A stretch of 64,000 bases of DNA from Trichosphaerium sp. ATCC 40318 (taxonomy: Eukaryota > Protista > Tubulinea), in NCBI GenBank assembly GCA_038496445.1, contig JALMLS010000369.1, positions 124,001 to 188,000 on the forward strand, given 5' to 3'. Under the pieces are notes generated by a model, which saw only the letters and a list, made by a program, of their open reading frames with translations, had not been told where the DNA came from and did not search any database. Below are positions 13,789 to 27,482 of the stretch, piece after piece (the stretch's first letter is position 1; the number at the start of each line of letters is the position of its first letter). The position numbers and the translations under genes are program-made.

Positions 13789-16700
13789 TCAAGTTTCTTT
13801 TGCATCATTAATGACAATATCCAAGTCCGTAAAAGTTGGTCTAGCAGAAGAAGAAAACGCCCAACAGTTTTCCATGATACTCTTCCATTGCTGATGAACG
13901 CGATCATCCAATTCAGGTGTATATCCTTTATCTCTGATACGAACAGCAAGATCAAACAAATCATCTACTTCTCCAAAAGGAATTGTCCTGTAAATGAGCT
14001 CATACATAACCATTCCAAATGACCAAACCTGCGAAACCATTAACAATATTGTTGGAAGTGCGTTTGGACTTACATCACTTTTAGGTTCATACAACTTTCT
14101 CATCGACTCTGGACTCATCCATCGTACTGGTCCAATATCGTTCTTTGTCTCTTGTGCTTTCCCTGAGATTGCTGATTTTCTAAACCAAATGACATTACTG
14201 TTAATCTACCATTAGAATACATACCTTGACATCCCGAAGTCACTTATTTTTAACTTATTGCCTTCTGATATCTAGTAACACAAGGTCAGTTTTGTTGGTT
14301 AATTGGAATTGTCTACCAAGATATTTCTGCATGCAAGATCCCTAAATAAATGTCATTATCCCAATCAATAAGTAATCTAAACGTACCTATGAACGATCAT
14401 ATTTTTATGAAGAAAAGTCATCCCTTCTACAATTGAACTTAAAAACGTTTTGATTTCATTGAATGTAAAGTCATCTTCCTTTGTGTTATACAATTCTTCC
14501 AGCGATCCATTAGCCATAAACTCCAATACCAACATTGGCTTTCCATCCAGGAAACAAAGTCCCAAAGTGCCAACAATATTTGGATGAGGTGCAAGACTCA
14601 TATTTACTTCAACCTTCAAACAAAACTCATTATTTCTCAAATTACATCTGCAGATGTAGTACCTCCTGTAGAAAGCTCTGATTTGCCTCGGGACCGAGAC
14701 TTGATATCTTTACAGCAACATCTATTCCTTTGTATTTAGCTTTCATAACGGACCCAAAACTCCCGTCACCTTGAACAAAGTTAAATACAACTAAAGTAAC
14801 ATTACTACAAACCAAGTTTGTCGCCAAATAAAAGCTCATCATATTGAATCCTAGCGGATCTCACAGCGTTTTCTCTAAATACTGATTGGTCTGGCACTGC
14901 AGAGTATGGGGATGGTTGCATTTTGATATCATTTTTTGAATTGATACTCTGCAATTCGTGTTCACTGCTAGGTATGTCACGTTTAGTATAGTTCCAAATC
15001 GCTAAACCAGCTATAAGGACTAACAGAAGTAGAACAGCCAAAACACTGATCACTATTATCACTAAACAAACATTAGCATGTCATAAGTAGTGTTGTTATG
15101 CCTATGTCAGTAGAAGCAATTGAAGGGGTTGAAAAAGTGCCACTGGATGAGTTTGCTACTACAGGAGACATCGTTGGAAGTACAGTTGGCGAGGTTGTCG
15201 GAGGTAGCGTTGTCGGACTATTTGTTGGTGATAAGGTCGTTGGAGGCATAGTTGTAGGTATGAGAGGGAGTATATCACTGAAACAATTTGGATCAGGTTC
15301 GTAGAGACATTCTGGATTGTAGAATGTTTGATTTGGAGCTTCAGGAATTTGAAATGGAGCCAAATGCCAACTTGTTATGTTCGGGTTGTATATCATACAT
15401 GGTGGTGTTTGTTCTTGGCATATCTAGAGTTATGGTTTGTGAAGATATAAAGTACATTAGCGTACATCTGACAGATTCACAGCTTTACACCCTGGAAACT
15501 TGTTAAATACAGGAAATTCGTTGGTAGTGTTTGTGTCACAATAATCCAATGTATGTGATCCTCCTTCTTCACAAACAAATGCAGGTGATCCAGGAACTCT
15601 TTTTTCAGTAACACAGTTTCTAGTTGAAATATCACAGTACGAAATGGTACATATATCTGAAGATACACAAGGAGGGAAGCACTCTGCAGCCATTAGAGCA
15701 CACTCTGGACCATTCATGTACTCGCATTCAATTGGCGCTTCAAGAGTGTTAAGCATGTTTAGTTGTAAAGAATTTGAACTTACCATTTGCACACAGGGCA
15801 AATGGTGCATGAAGTAAAGCATCTGGATTGCAAAATGAAGGTGAACCACCTATTTAAATTAGTGTTAACAGATGGATTCATATCACTGAAAACCGGTACA
15901 TTGTACACTAGTTGGTGAGCCAACGTTAGGGAAGATATCATTTAGTGGAAAATGACAACCTTCATCTGCACTCCTACATTCGTTTGCTGTACATGGATTT
16001 GTGTCGTCGCATGTAGCATTCTCGCAATTACATTCTTGTTTGCATGTACATTCTGCTTTGCATGTTGGGCCGCACAAACTTCGTACTTCTATGGAGGTAT
16101 CAGTATTAGAGTGTTAACTGTATATCTCCTTACCCTGACATATTTGAGGTGAAATAATCGGTAAAACACGTGATGACAGAAATATGGCGTTTGTGATATT
16201 GACGGTATTTGGAAGTGGTAGAAGATTGGAGTCTGTTGATCCGATTGAAATTGAGTGAATTGTAAATCCCTATTTTTTCTCAATACCATATAAATTATGT
16301 TGCTTTGATACCTCAGATTCGAGAGTGTTTGTGATATTGTCATTTGAATCAAAACCATCACATTTGGAACCATGATATTGATTGACAATCATTACTTTTT
16401 TATTTCGTCCATTTCTTCCATATTTATCGAAATGATCACGTGCAACCGACAATCCTGAAATCTTTTAGCGAACAAATTAACTATTTTAATTTATCTTTTG
16501 GCGGGTACCTGTTGTGACATCATGACAGCCTCCCATCACGTTGATACTTCGAATGGTATTAAGCTGATCAAGAAAGTAAGATTTGGAGTGACTCCCCAAA
16601 GGCAACACAACTTGAGCTGTATCTCGATACAACGTGATGCCAGTACGATATCCATACTCTCCAAGTTTGAGAGGTGTGATCACATCAATGATAAATAGGA

Positions 16701-17905
16701 AGTACAAGTCCCAGTTTAAGTAGAGGCAACATTCTTCGAATGATCTGTTGAAATGACCAAATCCTCCAGAAACTTGAAAACATTGGGAGTCTTGATTAAC
16801 TGTGTTAAAATATGTCTTAACAGTGTATATTCTGTACCTCCAGTACCACAAGTTACATCGTTCAAGGCATTTTGAGAAGCGTCGATTACTACAAATACAT
16901 GAGCTTGTCACGTGTTACAGAACACTTAACTTACCAAACATTAAATCTGCTGTATCTACACATAGAGCATCACTACAATCATTTGATATTGTTGGTGGCG
17001 AGTAACTCATCGTAGCTTTGAAGAGATCATTCAATTCAATAATAACTCCATCAGAAAGCACAATCCTAATAACAAAAAAGTTTTTAAGTGGTTTTTTTTT
17101 TGTGAACGCAGCTAGGGTTCTTCGTACCTTACTAAAGTGTCTTCTCCTAAAAAGAATAGTTCTTGGACATCAAAAAAAGTGTCTTGAACACCGGGCAGAG
17201 GCTGTCGTCGGTAGTGAGTCCTAAGGTTGTTAGTAAGTCGACTGTGCAAATATATGGTACATTATAAAAAGACCTTACGTGTTTATTAGTTTGTACGAAG
17301 GTTCGTTCGAAAAGCCTGGCGGAAGGAAGCCAGCTGGGAATTTTGTTCTATGCTTGATAGTCACATTGTGTTTTTCTTCTCTTTCAAGCCATGATGCAGG
17401 ATTGAACGGCTCCTCACTCATCTCGACATCAATCTTTACTCGTTTGACACATTCGTTCTCACATGCTATACGTTGTATTATCATATTCTAAACAAGTAAC
17501 ATTAATTCAATCACTGAATTTACACTTTACAAACGTTCTTTTACTTACCGACGTACTCTCATAACTATCCACATAGTGTTTCACGGTGTTTTCTTGAGTG
17601 AAATATGCATCCGCATTGATTATAGTGACGTCTTCAAAGTCCATTGAGTAGCCAAATTTACCATATTGTACAGCCTTTTTATAATTATAAATACCCTGTA
17701 ACTTGTTTTGACCGAAACTGTACTTACAATACTTGAATTATTTCCATATATAATTGCCTCTGATTCTAGTATTGCTACCCCTACGGCTGCGTTTACTAGA
17801 ACAACGCAAGTCGTAAAGACTAAAAGCAATATTCCTGATTTAACTAATCTATGTTTTAACTCCGCCACGTGATTAAAGGTGTAAAAACGTGCCTCGGGGA
17901 TACAT
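13789..17905 (-). CDS. Receptor tyrosine kinase copy 1: signal peptide, novel N-domain, VWA, Cys-rich (Dictyostelium CTDC-like) repeats, Thr/Pro stalk, TM, TK domain
   Basis: VWA: DLMF|VIDASQN...RTGITLY...GG...KKVMIV; CDDTNPCTANEC; TM IVISVLAVLLLLVLIAGLAIW; kinase GDGSFG, VAVK, HRDLACRN, SDFGMS, GPVRWMSPES, SDVWSFG. Confidence 0.9.
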
Positions 17906-18239
17906 AGTTACAGATAAAATATGATCCTTTTATTAATTAAACTCCAGAAACCAAGATAGCCTACAACCACGTGACGGTTGATTGTTTTCCAAAGTTTAAG
18001 ACGTTGTATCTTGAAAAGTAGATTTTTCTATTGAATTACTTGTTCTCGTTTTAAGGAAGGCTACTGGAATGTATATCCTGGCGTATCAAATAAAAATTAC
18101 TGTAACGTTTACCATCATAGCATATTAATTCCCAAAAAAGCACTTGGGTTTGCTAAACCCAACAAAGAAAATAATAAAAGAAATGTTATTTCAGTTTTAT
18201 GCTTTTCGGAACGTTGTACAGTAAACTATGACACCCTGT

Positions 18240-20850
18240 TTATAAAGGATTAGGAGCATTTATCATAAGCCTTCCAAGTTGACCTATGAGAGCAGATACT
18301 GTAATTGTTACAACAACATTTTTAAGTCCAGGCGTCAACTCAAATACTGAAAGCCTTGGTGGTGGCTCTAGCGATGTCATATAGAAAACAAACTCTTGCA
18401 TCAAGCTTGCAAGTTGTTTACCAGATGTAGGCACTTCATTTCCGCTATCCCTAAAACACATAAGTGAGTTTGATAGGTGTTTGAAAGAAATGTCGTTTTC
18501 TCCACGTGGAAAAAAGAATTTACAAAAATTGCTTTGAAAAAAACCATCACGTACTCTTGCTCTAATGACTCAAGTATGAGTTCTACCTTTTTATCAAGTA
18601 ATAATTCTTTATGTCTTTTAAATTCTGTACTTATACTGACACCTGATAGCATATTAGTTGGGTCTTACAAACAACAGTTATTCTCATATGTTACTTATAA
18701 ATACCTAGATCAATAGCAACAAAAATTTCTATCGAAATTACCACAAATTTAAACCAAATCATGCTCCTGTTAAGCGAGGGAAATGAGTAAGTTGCACAAC
18801 CTTTTAGAAAGAAATTCCTAACCTGTAATCATCGACAATGATATCTAAAACAGAAAAAGTCAGAAAAAACTGAGAAACTTTCTGGAGAAAAGAATATACC
18901 GAACAAGAGCTCATCAATGGCTAGAACGATCAAGCACATGGCCCATCCACCAAATTGAAAGAGGAGTACAAGAGATGCCTTGATAGCAAGGCAAAGTTAA
19001 AAATATTTATTGGTTTTCTGAAAACGTTGTCATACCTGGTTCCAATGTGGCAAAGCAGTTCTTCCAGACTGAACAGACAACTAGCAAATAAAAGTTTTAA
19101 TGTTACGAAATCTTGATGTAGAAAACAAACTGCCTGTGGAGGTAGTACTTCTCAACAAAAGTGGAAAAAAAGTACTGAAGTTGTCGTCAACAAATATCTT
19201 TCGGCTTAACGTACCAGTAGGTATTGTCTAGTCTTGTACCAAGTCACAAGACCTTCCCATGTATCTATATTTAAAAACCTTCCATAATCGCACCTACAAG
19301 ATTTAGGAGTCTTTAATACTACAACATTGAAAAAGATTTGTGCGTACTTAATATTCGACGAGTTTTCTGCTGTTACTAAAATAGCTTTTGTGTACTTTAC
19401 AACAATACGTCTGATTTCAACGATACTTGCCATCAAACCTTTACCAAAGAAAAAAGTTAGCTTGTCTTAAATCAAAGAAACACTGGTTTTTTAGATGATA
19501 ACATTCTAAATTTAGCGTTGCATGTACCGAGCCAAAGCCAGCTCTCTATGAATGCAATATAGAAAATGAATAGTCTGTCTATTACCAATTTGACAGTGTC
19601 ATGGCCTGTAATCCGGAATCCAAAAGGTATTGTAAAAAGCGGAACAACCTGTAGAGATAAAAAATCAAAGATGTGTATTAATGTTTTACCTTGTAACCAG
19701 GTACTGCTGCGATGAGCCCAGCTCCAACACAGAATAAAACAGATAAAGTCATCCAATACCAGCTTAAATGTGTACTTGCTGATTTCATCACCTATAAAGC
19801 ACGCTCAGATAAAGAATATGTAAAATGTTGTTTGAAACCTTCAATATTGGAAAGTCTTTTAGAAGATCTTCTTCAGGAATAAGCTATAATAAGAATTATG
19901 TTAATTATAGATTTAGAACATCAGTCACACGTGCATCTTCATGAAGCGTCTCCCAAAAATTAATAGCAGCTTCGCGTTGGGCAGCACTCTGAAGTAAATC
20001 CTCAAGTTCGCCTAGAACGTCACGTGTTACAACCTTAACATTGAAAGTCAGATACACAAAACGGAAAAACCGATCAATTACTGTATGTCTATTATTCAAG
20101 TCAGTACTGAACACCAAAATAAGTCCAACCTCTCCGATCGTGTACATGTAACTAACAACAAAAAAGTAAGCTGGTTTTTAATTTTTTTTCTACTTGCAAA
20201 ACAAAGCTTTCTCGTGGTACTACACCCCAAACAAGGATAACAACAGACATTAGAGATAAAGGACTAATAAATATTTAGTATACACATACATTGTAATTGC
20301 ACATACAATGTTAGTAGACCAAGTATCATTGTGTATTTTAAATGTTTTTCGCGATAGTAATCTATACAACAAATATATAACCCATAAAAGAATATGAATA
20401 AAGTCCAAAGAAACGGCACAGTAGCTCCTGGGAAAACAATAAGTAACACATGGTATACATGTCAAATATTGGCGTACCTATGACCAACATAACAGAGAAC
20501 CTGGCTATATTCCATGCCCACGCAGCTAAAAATTTCTGTCAACTAAAAAAACAAGCTCTGAATACGATTTCATTACGCACTATGTGTTTGGGTTGGCCTG
20601 ATAGTAGGCATAGAGACCTTAGAAAGACAATATCACAATGACATTAGAAATAACTATAAATTCGTACCCTTAGCCCTGTTTGTCGCTCCTTGGGCGCTCT
20701 ATCAACCAATCTAAAATCACGTGACCTAAAACGTGTACATCAGAACAATATCTCCTGAGATTATATGTGGAAAGCGTACCACACCCTTTTGGTCATTTGG
20801 CGAACTAATGGAGTCTTTTCATCAAGTTCTACGTACTCACTACCATAGCA
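18240..20850 (-). CDS. Multi-pass membrane protein, possibly PHTF/7TM-ion-channel (GRL)-like; start approximate
   Basis: Several hydrophobic exons; C-terminus EFVFYMTSLEPPPRLSVFELTPGLKNVVVTITVSALIGQLGRLM resembles my recollection of the PHTF-family final TM region. Confidence 0.4.
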
Positions 20851-20916
20851 ATCACAATATTAACGGTTAGGGTGTAAATACATATTAGCGTACGGTTTAC
20901 TGCCTCTTTCCATTAT

Positions 20917-21813
20917 CTAATAAACCGTGAGAGATAAGGTTGCGTAGGTTAAGTACAAGTAATAATTCTCGGGGCTTGTGCCGACTTTACCGTGTTTGAC
21001 TATAACAAAAGGCGTGATTCTAGGATGATACGCCACTAGTGACTTCTGTTCATGCTTGTACTTGCGGTTGTACTTGTGAACTAGCATTTTGAAAAAGGCC
21101 TGAAATAGTTTGTTTAATACACTGATTGGCCTTTGACTTTTATTTCGCGTGAGTAGTACGGGTAGAACTCGGATAAGTTGCCTTGAGAAAAAACCGCTTG
21201 AGGTGCCAGAAAGGTAAATGGTATGAACCCCCTCAAGTACTTTAATGCTGCTATCAGTCACTGCTGGCATGTCTAAAACGCTTATAGTATGAACTCCCTT
21301 TAGCGACTTGATGCCATCATCCTTCACGTTTGAACCAGATAGATAAATAGCATGAACACCAGCAAGGGCTTTGATACCTTCGTTTGTCACGTTTTTACAA
21401 TTGCACTACGTTTATCTCATAGACACCCGCAAGTGCTTTGATTCCAGCATTGATACTGACGTTCTAGTAAGGTTTATTGTATGAACACCGCTCAACGCCT
21501 TAATACCTTCATCTGTCACATGTGTACATCTGTTAAAGTTAATGGAAAGAACTCCAGCCAGCGCTTTGAGATCATTATCATTGATAGCACTACTTTTCAT
21601 CCACAAGGCAGTTGTGCGTCTAGTAAAGTCTGTATCAATATTTCGACATCCGGATAGCAACGAAAACAAGGTATTATTTTCTACATTAACAACAATAGCA
21701 GTGTTGTTCATGATACCTTTGTACTGTCTTATTTGTATGATATCTGTAATGTCATAGATGTATATCTTTTTGTATCCAACCACTTGGTGGATGATTGAAT
21801 CTAGATTTTGCAT
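20917..21813 (-). pseudogene. Intronless leucine-rich-repeat gene with apparent frameshifts
   Basis: Repeats VTDEGIKALSGVHTINL / IKALAGVHAIYLSG; the repeat register continues across two frame changes near 21400-21455. Confidence 0.65.
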
Positions 21814-22226
21814 TTGTATGCTTTAGAATGGTTGCAATAACCTCTGGAGGAAAATCATGTCCACCACTTTGTTTGTCAATTGCTGCCTTCTATATTTAGC
21901 CTTCAGAAAATTAAGATCTACAAGGTTTGTGCACGTACTGTTTTGTTTGCTTGGATTTGGGTAACTTTAACTGTTTATTACTCCATAGTTGACAAATAAC
22001 AAGAGATGTTGCGATTATGTAGAGAAAGGCATTTGCAATAGCCGATTATACTAAAAATTTGTGGCTCCACATCCCTTATTGTAAATACGTACTTCACATG
22101 TGCTGTACATCAATGGATTGAAAGGTATTTGGGAATCTAAGATAGACTTTTCCGAAGGATTTTGTGTCGCTTGACTGTTGTTGAACTCGAAACGTGCCCA
22201 TAATTCATTAACTGATTTCACAAAGC

Positions 22227-22523
22227 ATGGGAGAGGCTAAGGAGATAACATTTAACGATTTACTATGCCCTTTAAACAAAAGCTTTGATTCTGCTGGTCT
22301 AAACAGCTCATACGCTCTTGGATGGCAACGTGCCCATTACGACCTTGCGAAACATATTGATAATAACGACGCCAACGGAATTATATCATCACCGCAACCA
22401 AAATGCTCTGGACACTTTCATAAGGGTTGGAGCATGTCTAACGAATCTTGGCTTAGAGGGTGGAATGATTGTAAGACTAAAATGCTCTTGTACGTGATGC
22501 AAAGGAGAAATACCCCATTGTAA
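22227..22523 (+). CDS. Small intronless hypothetical protein (98 aa)
   Basis: Clean ATG-TAA ORF with AATAAA downstream; two similar motifs, YALGWQRA and WLRGWNDC. Confidence 0.5.
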   Translation: MGEAKEITFNDLLCPLNKSFDSAGLNSSYALGWQRAHYDLAKHIDNNDANGIISSPQPKCSGHFHKGWSMSNESWLRGWNDCKTKMLLYVMQRRNTPL

Positions 22524-23269
22524 CAAAATTAATAAATACTACGTGTCAACAGGCAAAGGAACACGTGGTAAAGATAGTTTTCCGTGAAAAGTAGTTTGGC
22601 CTAAACGGTGAAAGTATTTTAACTTTCTATTATTTTATCAACCCACATGGTTTGGTAAGTAAGTTGCCCACTTGCGTACCGTCGCATTAGACTCTACCGA
22701 ACTCCAACAAGGAGTGTGTTAATACACTTTTGGCATAGTGGTTTATAAGATGCGACAGTACCACATACGTATTGAGTGTGGAAAGTTCCTTTTTGGATTT
22801 ATTATTGTCACAAGTTCGTTTGGAAGAAAATTAACAAGAGATTGATAGCGCCAAACTTATTGGTACAATGTTTCCTTCAGCATCCTCAAAAGCCACTTGA
22901 ACAGCTTCAGTATTTATATAATGTGAGTCACGTGAAGGGTATAAAGGGTAGGGTGTAGCACTCTTTAGATAAATACCATCTATAGACCATGACAGTTTAA
23001 TAGATGTTCTACAAAACCCAAAGTTAACACAAGACGCACAAGAAGAAGACTAAAACCAAAAGAAAAAAAAAAAGGAGAAAAAAAAAACCCAAATCAAACT
23101 CACCGAAAAATCTCATTGATTCCAAACCAAAACCGAAGTTCTGTCTCTTCATCTCTTAATGTGGGCATAACACTACTAGATGAAATTGTTAGCAACAGGG
23201 TGATTTAATCATATTTGTTTTAATCACGTGCCAATGAAGACCACCAAAATAGAATTCAAAACATTTCCT

Positions 23270-24857
23270 TTCTTTTACGTCTTGTTTAGTAATTTCCTAA
23301 AAAAGATCATTTAGTTAGCAACCACTGCACAAATATAATATAGATTATCTATTACTAGTTGTTTACGTACAAATGTTCGTGAAAATTTATCGGGAACTTT
23401 AACATTTTTCTGTTTATTTCTTCTATGATTAAAGACGCTCTACGAAGATCATTAGAATACCGGCTCTCATTTTTTTCTCAGTGCAAAAACAAATGTTTGT
23501 AGACCAAACTACACGTACCTTTAACGCTTGAGCTGATAAATCACAAAAAAATCTTGGCATCAAGCTACAATGTCATTAGATCAAGGAATGTTGCTTTGGT
23601 AATTGACAAAGGTTCTAACGGTTTTTTTGAATCTCTTCATACCGTTGACAAATCTTGGAACAAGGTAACTTTGGTGTTGGTATATATGTTTCGTCTTTTT
23701 CTTCAAGGTAAGGTACCCACCAGTAGGGAGCTTTTGAATCCAGTTGCCAGAGATACCTAAAGTTGTAATGAGTTTGAAAAAAACGAAAAAACACAGCTGG
23801 TGATAGATCGTAACGCTGTGTCTACTTACTGTGAAAAAGCTGGAGGTAAGTATTCTATAATTTTATCCATAAGATCTTGATCTCCTGAGATATCTAAAAA
23901 GGTGTTCATTCAACAACAAGAAAGAAAGGAACGCTTTTTGAAATGAAACATACGTGCTAATATAAAGCAATCAGCACTTGAAGTTACAAGTTCTCTTTCT
24001 GTCAGGTATGAGCACCATATCTGTCTACATACTTCTTGTGGTAAACGTGATAAAGGTAAATCATCATCAAAGAGAGCTTGAGTAATAAAGTTTGCTGTAG
24101 AATGAAACAACTTTAAAAACTTGAAATAAAAAAAAGAGGAATCCAAGACCTCCACTTCACCCCAATCCAATATATGCCATGATAATACTGATAAGAAATT
24201 ACGCTTTCTTTTTGTTCTACGTAACATTTGATAAACCAACTGAGCTTGAAGTTTTTGCTCTAATACCTAAAAATCACGTGTTAAAAAAATGAGGTATTTC
24301 TGAAAAAAACAATAAAAATAATCTGTTCGAAAAAAGAAGACCTAGAAGACCTCTTCCTACCTGACCAAGCTTTGATACGACGCTATGGAGTGTCTTAATG
24401 TCTGACGAAGATTCTCTTATATCAGATGCATCAACAACATGTTGTACAGCCTTTTCTCTATCAAGAGCTGACATTATTTCAAGGAAAATTACTGCAGCGT
24501 CCACTGACTCTTGCTCCATTAACTCATAATGGAAATCGTTATCTAATGATTCTTTCATTCCATTTGTAAATGCTTTTTCAAAATACGCGCAACGAGCAAG
24601 AAGAAGCTTAGAAGAGCGTATAGAAGCTGCAGTTTCAGTTAATGGAAAGACGAAATAACTTGAGTGCTTTGCAGACCTTGTGGTACTGATTTTTCTTCTA
24701 CGATGATGTTTACGTCGCCCAACTCCATCAAGTGACTGAATGACTCATTTCCAAGCAGTCTAAGCTTTCTTTTCGGAATCTTGATAGAAGACTCCTTTTC
24801 TGCATTCGCTTGCTCTTCACAGCGTGACGCTGCATTTTCTACTGGTTTTGACGCCAT
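23270..24857 (-). CDS. BTB/POZ-domain protein (3' end approximate)
   Basis: GDVNIIVEEKSVP...LLLARCAYFEKAFTNGMKES is a typical BTB motif; helical BACK-like exons follow. Confidence 0.75.
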
Positions 24858-24880
24858 GCCTTGAATTCTACAAGCGTACT

Positions 24881-27482
24881 ATGTTATCTACACCCTGTAT
24901 TAGCTTATGGGTTGTACTATTGTACAGTACAATAAATACCAATAACGTTGTTGAGTCTGTTTTGGCGTAATTTGTAGCAAGACGCCTCCAACAGAATAAT
25001 CGACGTATGCCGCTTTGTACCAAAAAACAATTGTTGGCGCTCAAAGAAGGTCAACTGACTTAAACGTCGCAATGAGGTTAAAACGCCTTGCGCAAGCTCT
25101 TGCCAAGAGTGAAGGAACAGGTAATAAGCTAGCGAGCGATAACAATTTTTGTAACTGTAATAGAGCATAAAAATCGCACTTTGCACGCGCCGCGAGGATA
25201 TTGGGATGATGTAAACAATCAACGTGAATATTTCGATAACCTGGCGAGAAAACTTGGCGTAAGCGTATCAGAACTCCTTAAAAACATCACTTCAAAGGAT
25301 TTAAGGAAGCTTGGCGGCACAAGCATTTTGAAAAGGTGACACCTGCATAAAATAATTGTAGAATGACACTTACAAGGTATAATTCTGTGGGCAAAGCGGC
25401 CAGGGCCATTTACAACGAGAAAACTTGGAATCCAAACGAATTTCTGTGCGGGTACCATAGGTTAACACTACGCTGACACTTCACTTAGATGTGCCCCTAT
25501 GGGTTACTGGGATGATTTGAATAACCAAAAGAAACAGTTTGATGCTATTGGAATGGAACTAGATGTTATGGAACTAAGAGACTGGTACAGCATTTCTCCG
25601 TCCCAGATAAACAATTTGGGCGGTAAGTCTATACTATCCAAGTACTTGTAATCATCCTGCATCCGTATTCTTACTGGTAATCATCTAGATACAATAACTC
25701 TGTACCCAAAGCTTTGGGCAACATTTACCCATCGTTTAGATGGCATAAGATACTGTTTGAGATGAGTAAAAACAAAAACAAAGGAATACCATACCTTCTA
25801 AAATCAACAATAAGACGTAATCCTAATCGCCCAAATACAAGACCACAAAGAGAAAAAATTTCAATTATAAGCCAAGCCCTTGATATCAAGAGTTTATCAG
25901 AGTGGTATAACGTACCAATAGCAGAAGTTGTAAGATTAGGAGGCGCTTGGGTACTCAAAAAGTACGTCCAAATATACAAGACTTGATTTGCTTCGTTTTT
26001 ATGTTTAACTCACTTAGACATGACAATTCACTACCAATGACACTGAAAGAACTATACCCTGACTATCCTTGGATAGTTAACGCGTTCAGAAATGAAGCTG
26101 TGCATAAGGGACTATCACGGCTTCGTGGAAGGTTCGAAAGCGTTGGAGAAGCACTACAGATTAAGGAATTGAGCGAATGGTATTATATTACCAAAAATAA
26201 AATCATACAAAAAGGTGGAGCAATTCTCTTTAACAAGTAAGTAACGAATCAACTATAATACTTTCTAACTCATCCTCTAAGACCTTATTTCTTGAACCCT
26301 GAAGCTACATTAGCGGTACCACAACCCAAGCAGTACGTAGTGTAGACAAGCGAGTTGTTACAGAAGCCTTAACTATTTTTTGTTTTAGAGTTAACGAGAC
26401 CCTACACACAGCTTTATCCCTCTGCTATCCAGACTATGATTGGCAAGAGAAACTTTTCAGGTATTGATTATACATGCATAGCCAATAATCGTTGTTTAAC
26501 TTTACCTGCAGAAGACTTCAGTTACCTATTGATCGTACAAAGTCATGGACAGTTAGATTTTTAAAACAAGCTGAAAAGAAATTGAACATCTCACATCCTA
26601 CCTTCTGGTAAGCTTAACGTCTAAGCATAAGATATTTAACCCGATAATACTAGGTATCGTGTATCATGTGCGCAGCTATCACAAGTTGGTGGTTACAGTT
26701 TACTTAAAACCCTCCCAAATGCATTAAAGTCAATTTATCCAACTTTTAACTGGGACAAGTCCTTGTTTCCTATGGTCAAGAAAAAATCTATACAAGGGTA
26801 CCATACTATAGTTAATTTATTTTTTGATTCAATACAAAATAAGGACGCCTTCCTGGCTGTACTTTATCTAGAAACCAACACACTCATTTTTCTCGTTTTT
26901 TTCTTGTTTCAATTTGAGTTGATTTTTTGTTCTAATATTTATTGTAGAGTTTTATTGCATTGTATCAAAGAGTTATTTCCCGGAAGAACAGTGTTTGAAG
27001 AATACAGGACAGGCCTAAGGTATAAAAGCTCTGAAGAATGGATTGATTTGGACATTTTTGTTCCAAGTTTAAACCTTGCACTGGAGTATAACGGTGAGCA
27101 TCACTATACCGATAATAGAAGATTATTTGGTCCTTCTATATTACAAGAGAAAAGAGACTTATGGAAACTCGAAAGATGTCGAGAAAATGGTACTACCAAT
27201 CTGTTCTACAGTTATTTACCACTATCACTTTTCTGCTACTCATGATGGCTAACTTACTGATAACTCCTAGGAATTACTATCATTCCAATACCTTATTGGT
27301 GGAAATACGATATGCAGTCCCTAGTAGCAACTATAAAGCACTACAGGTAGAATTTATCTCAATTTTAAAATTTTTGTTGGAAGCTAACTTTTCCAAGGCC
27401 TGATATTGTTATGCGTGTTCCAGATGAAAATTACCCACCTCTCCTATCTAGAGATAACAATTCACCGTTAAAGTGCGATTAA
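24881..27482 (+). CDS. Helical-repeat protein with C-terminal PD-(D/E)XK-type (Vsr/DUF559-like) endonuclease domain; start approximate
   Basis: About 5-6 repeats of ~70-80 aa (e.g. GYWDDLNNQKKQFDAIGMELDVMELRDWYSISPSQINNLGGKSILSK|YNNSVPKALGNIYPSFRW), then LDIFVPSLNLALEYNGEHHY...RDLWKLERCRENG|ITIIPIPYWW. Confidence 0.75.
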
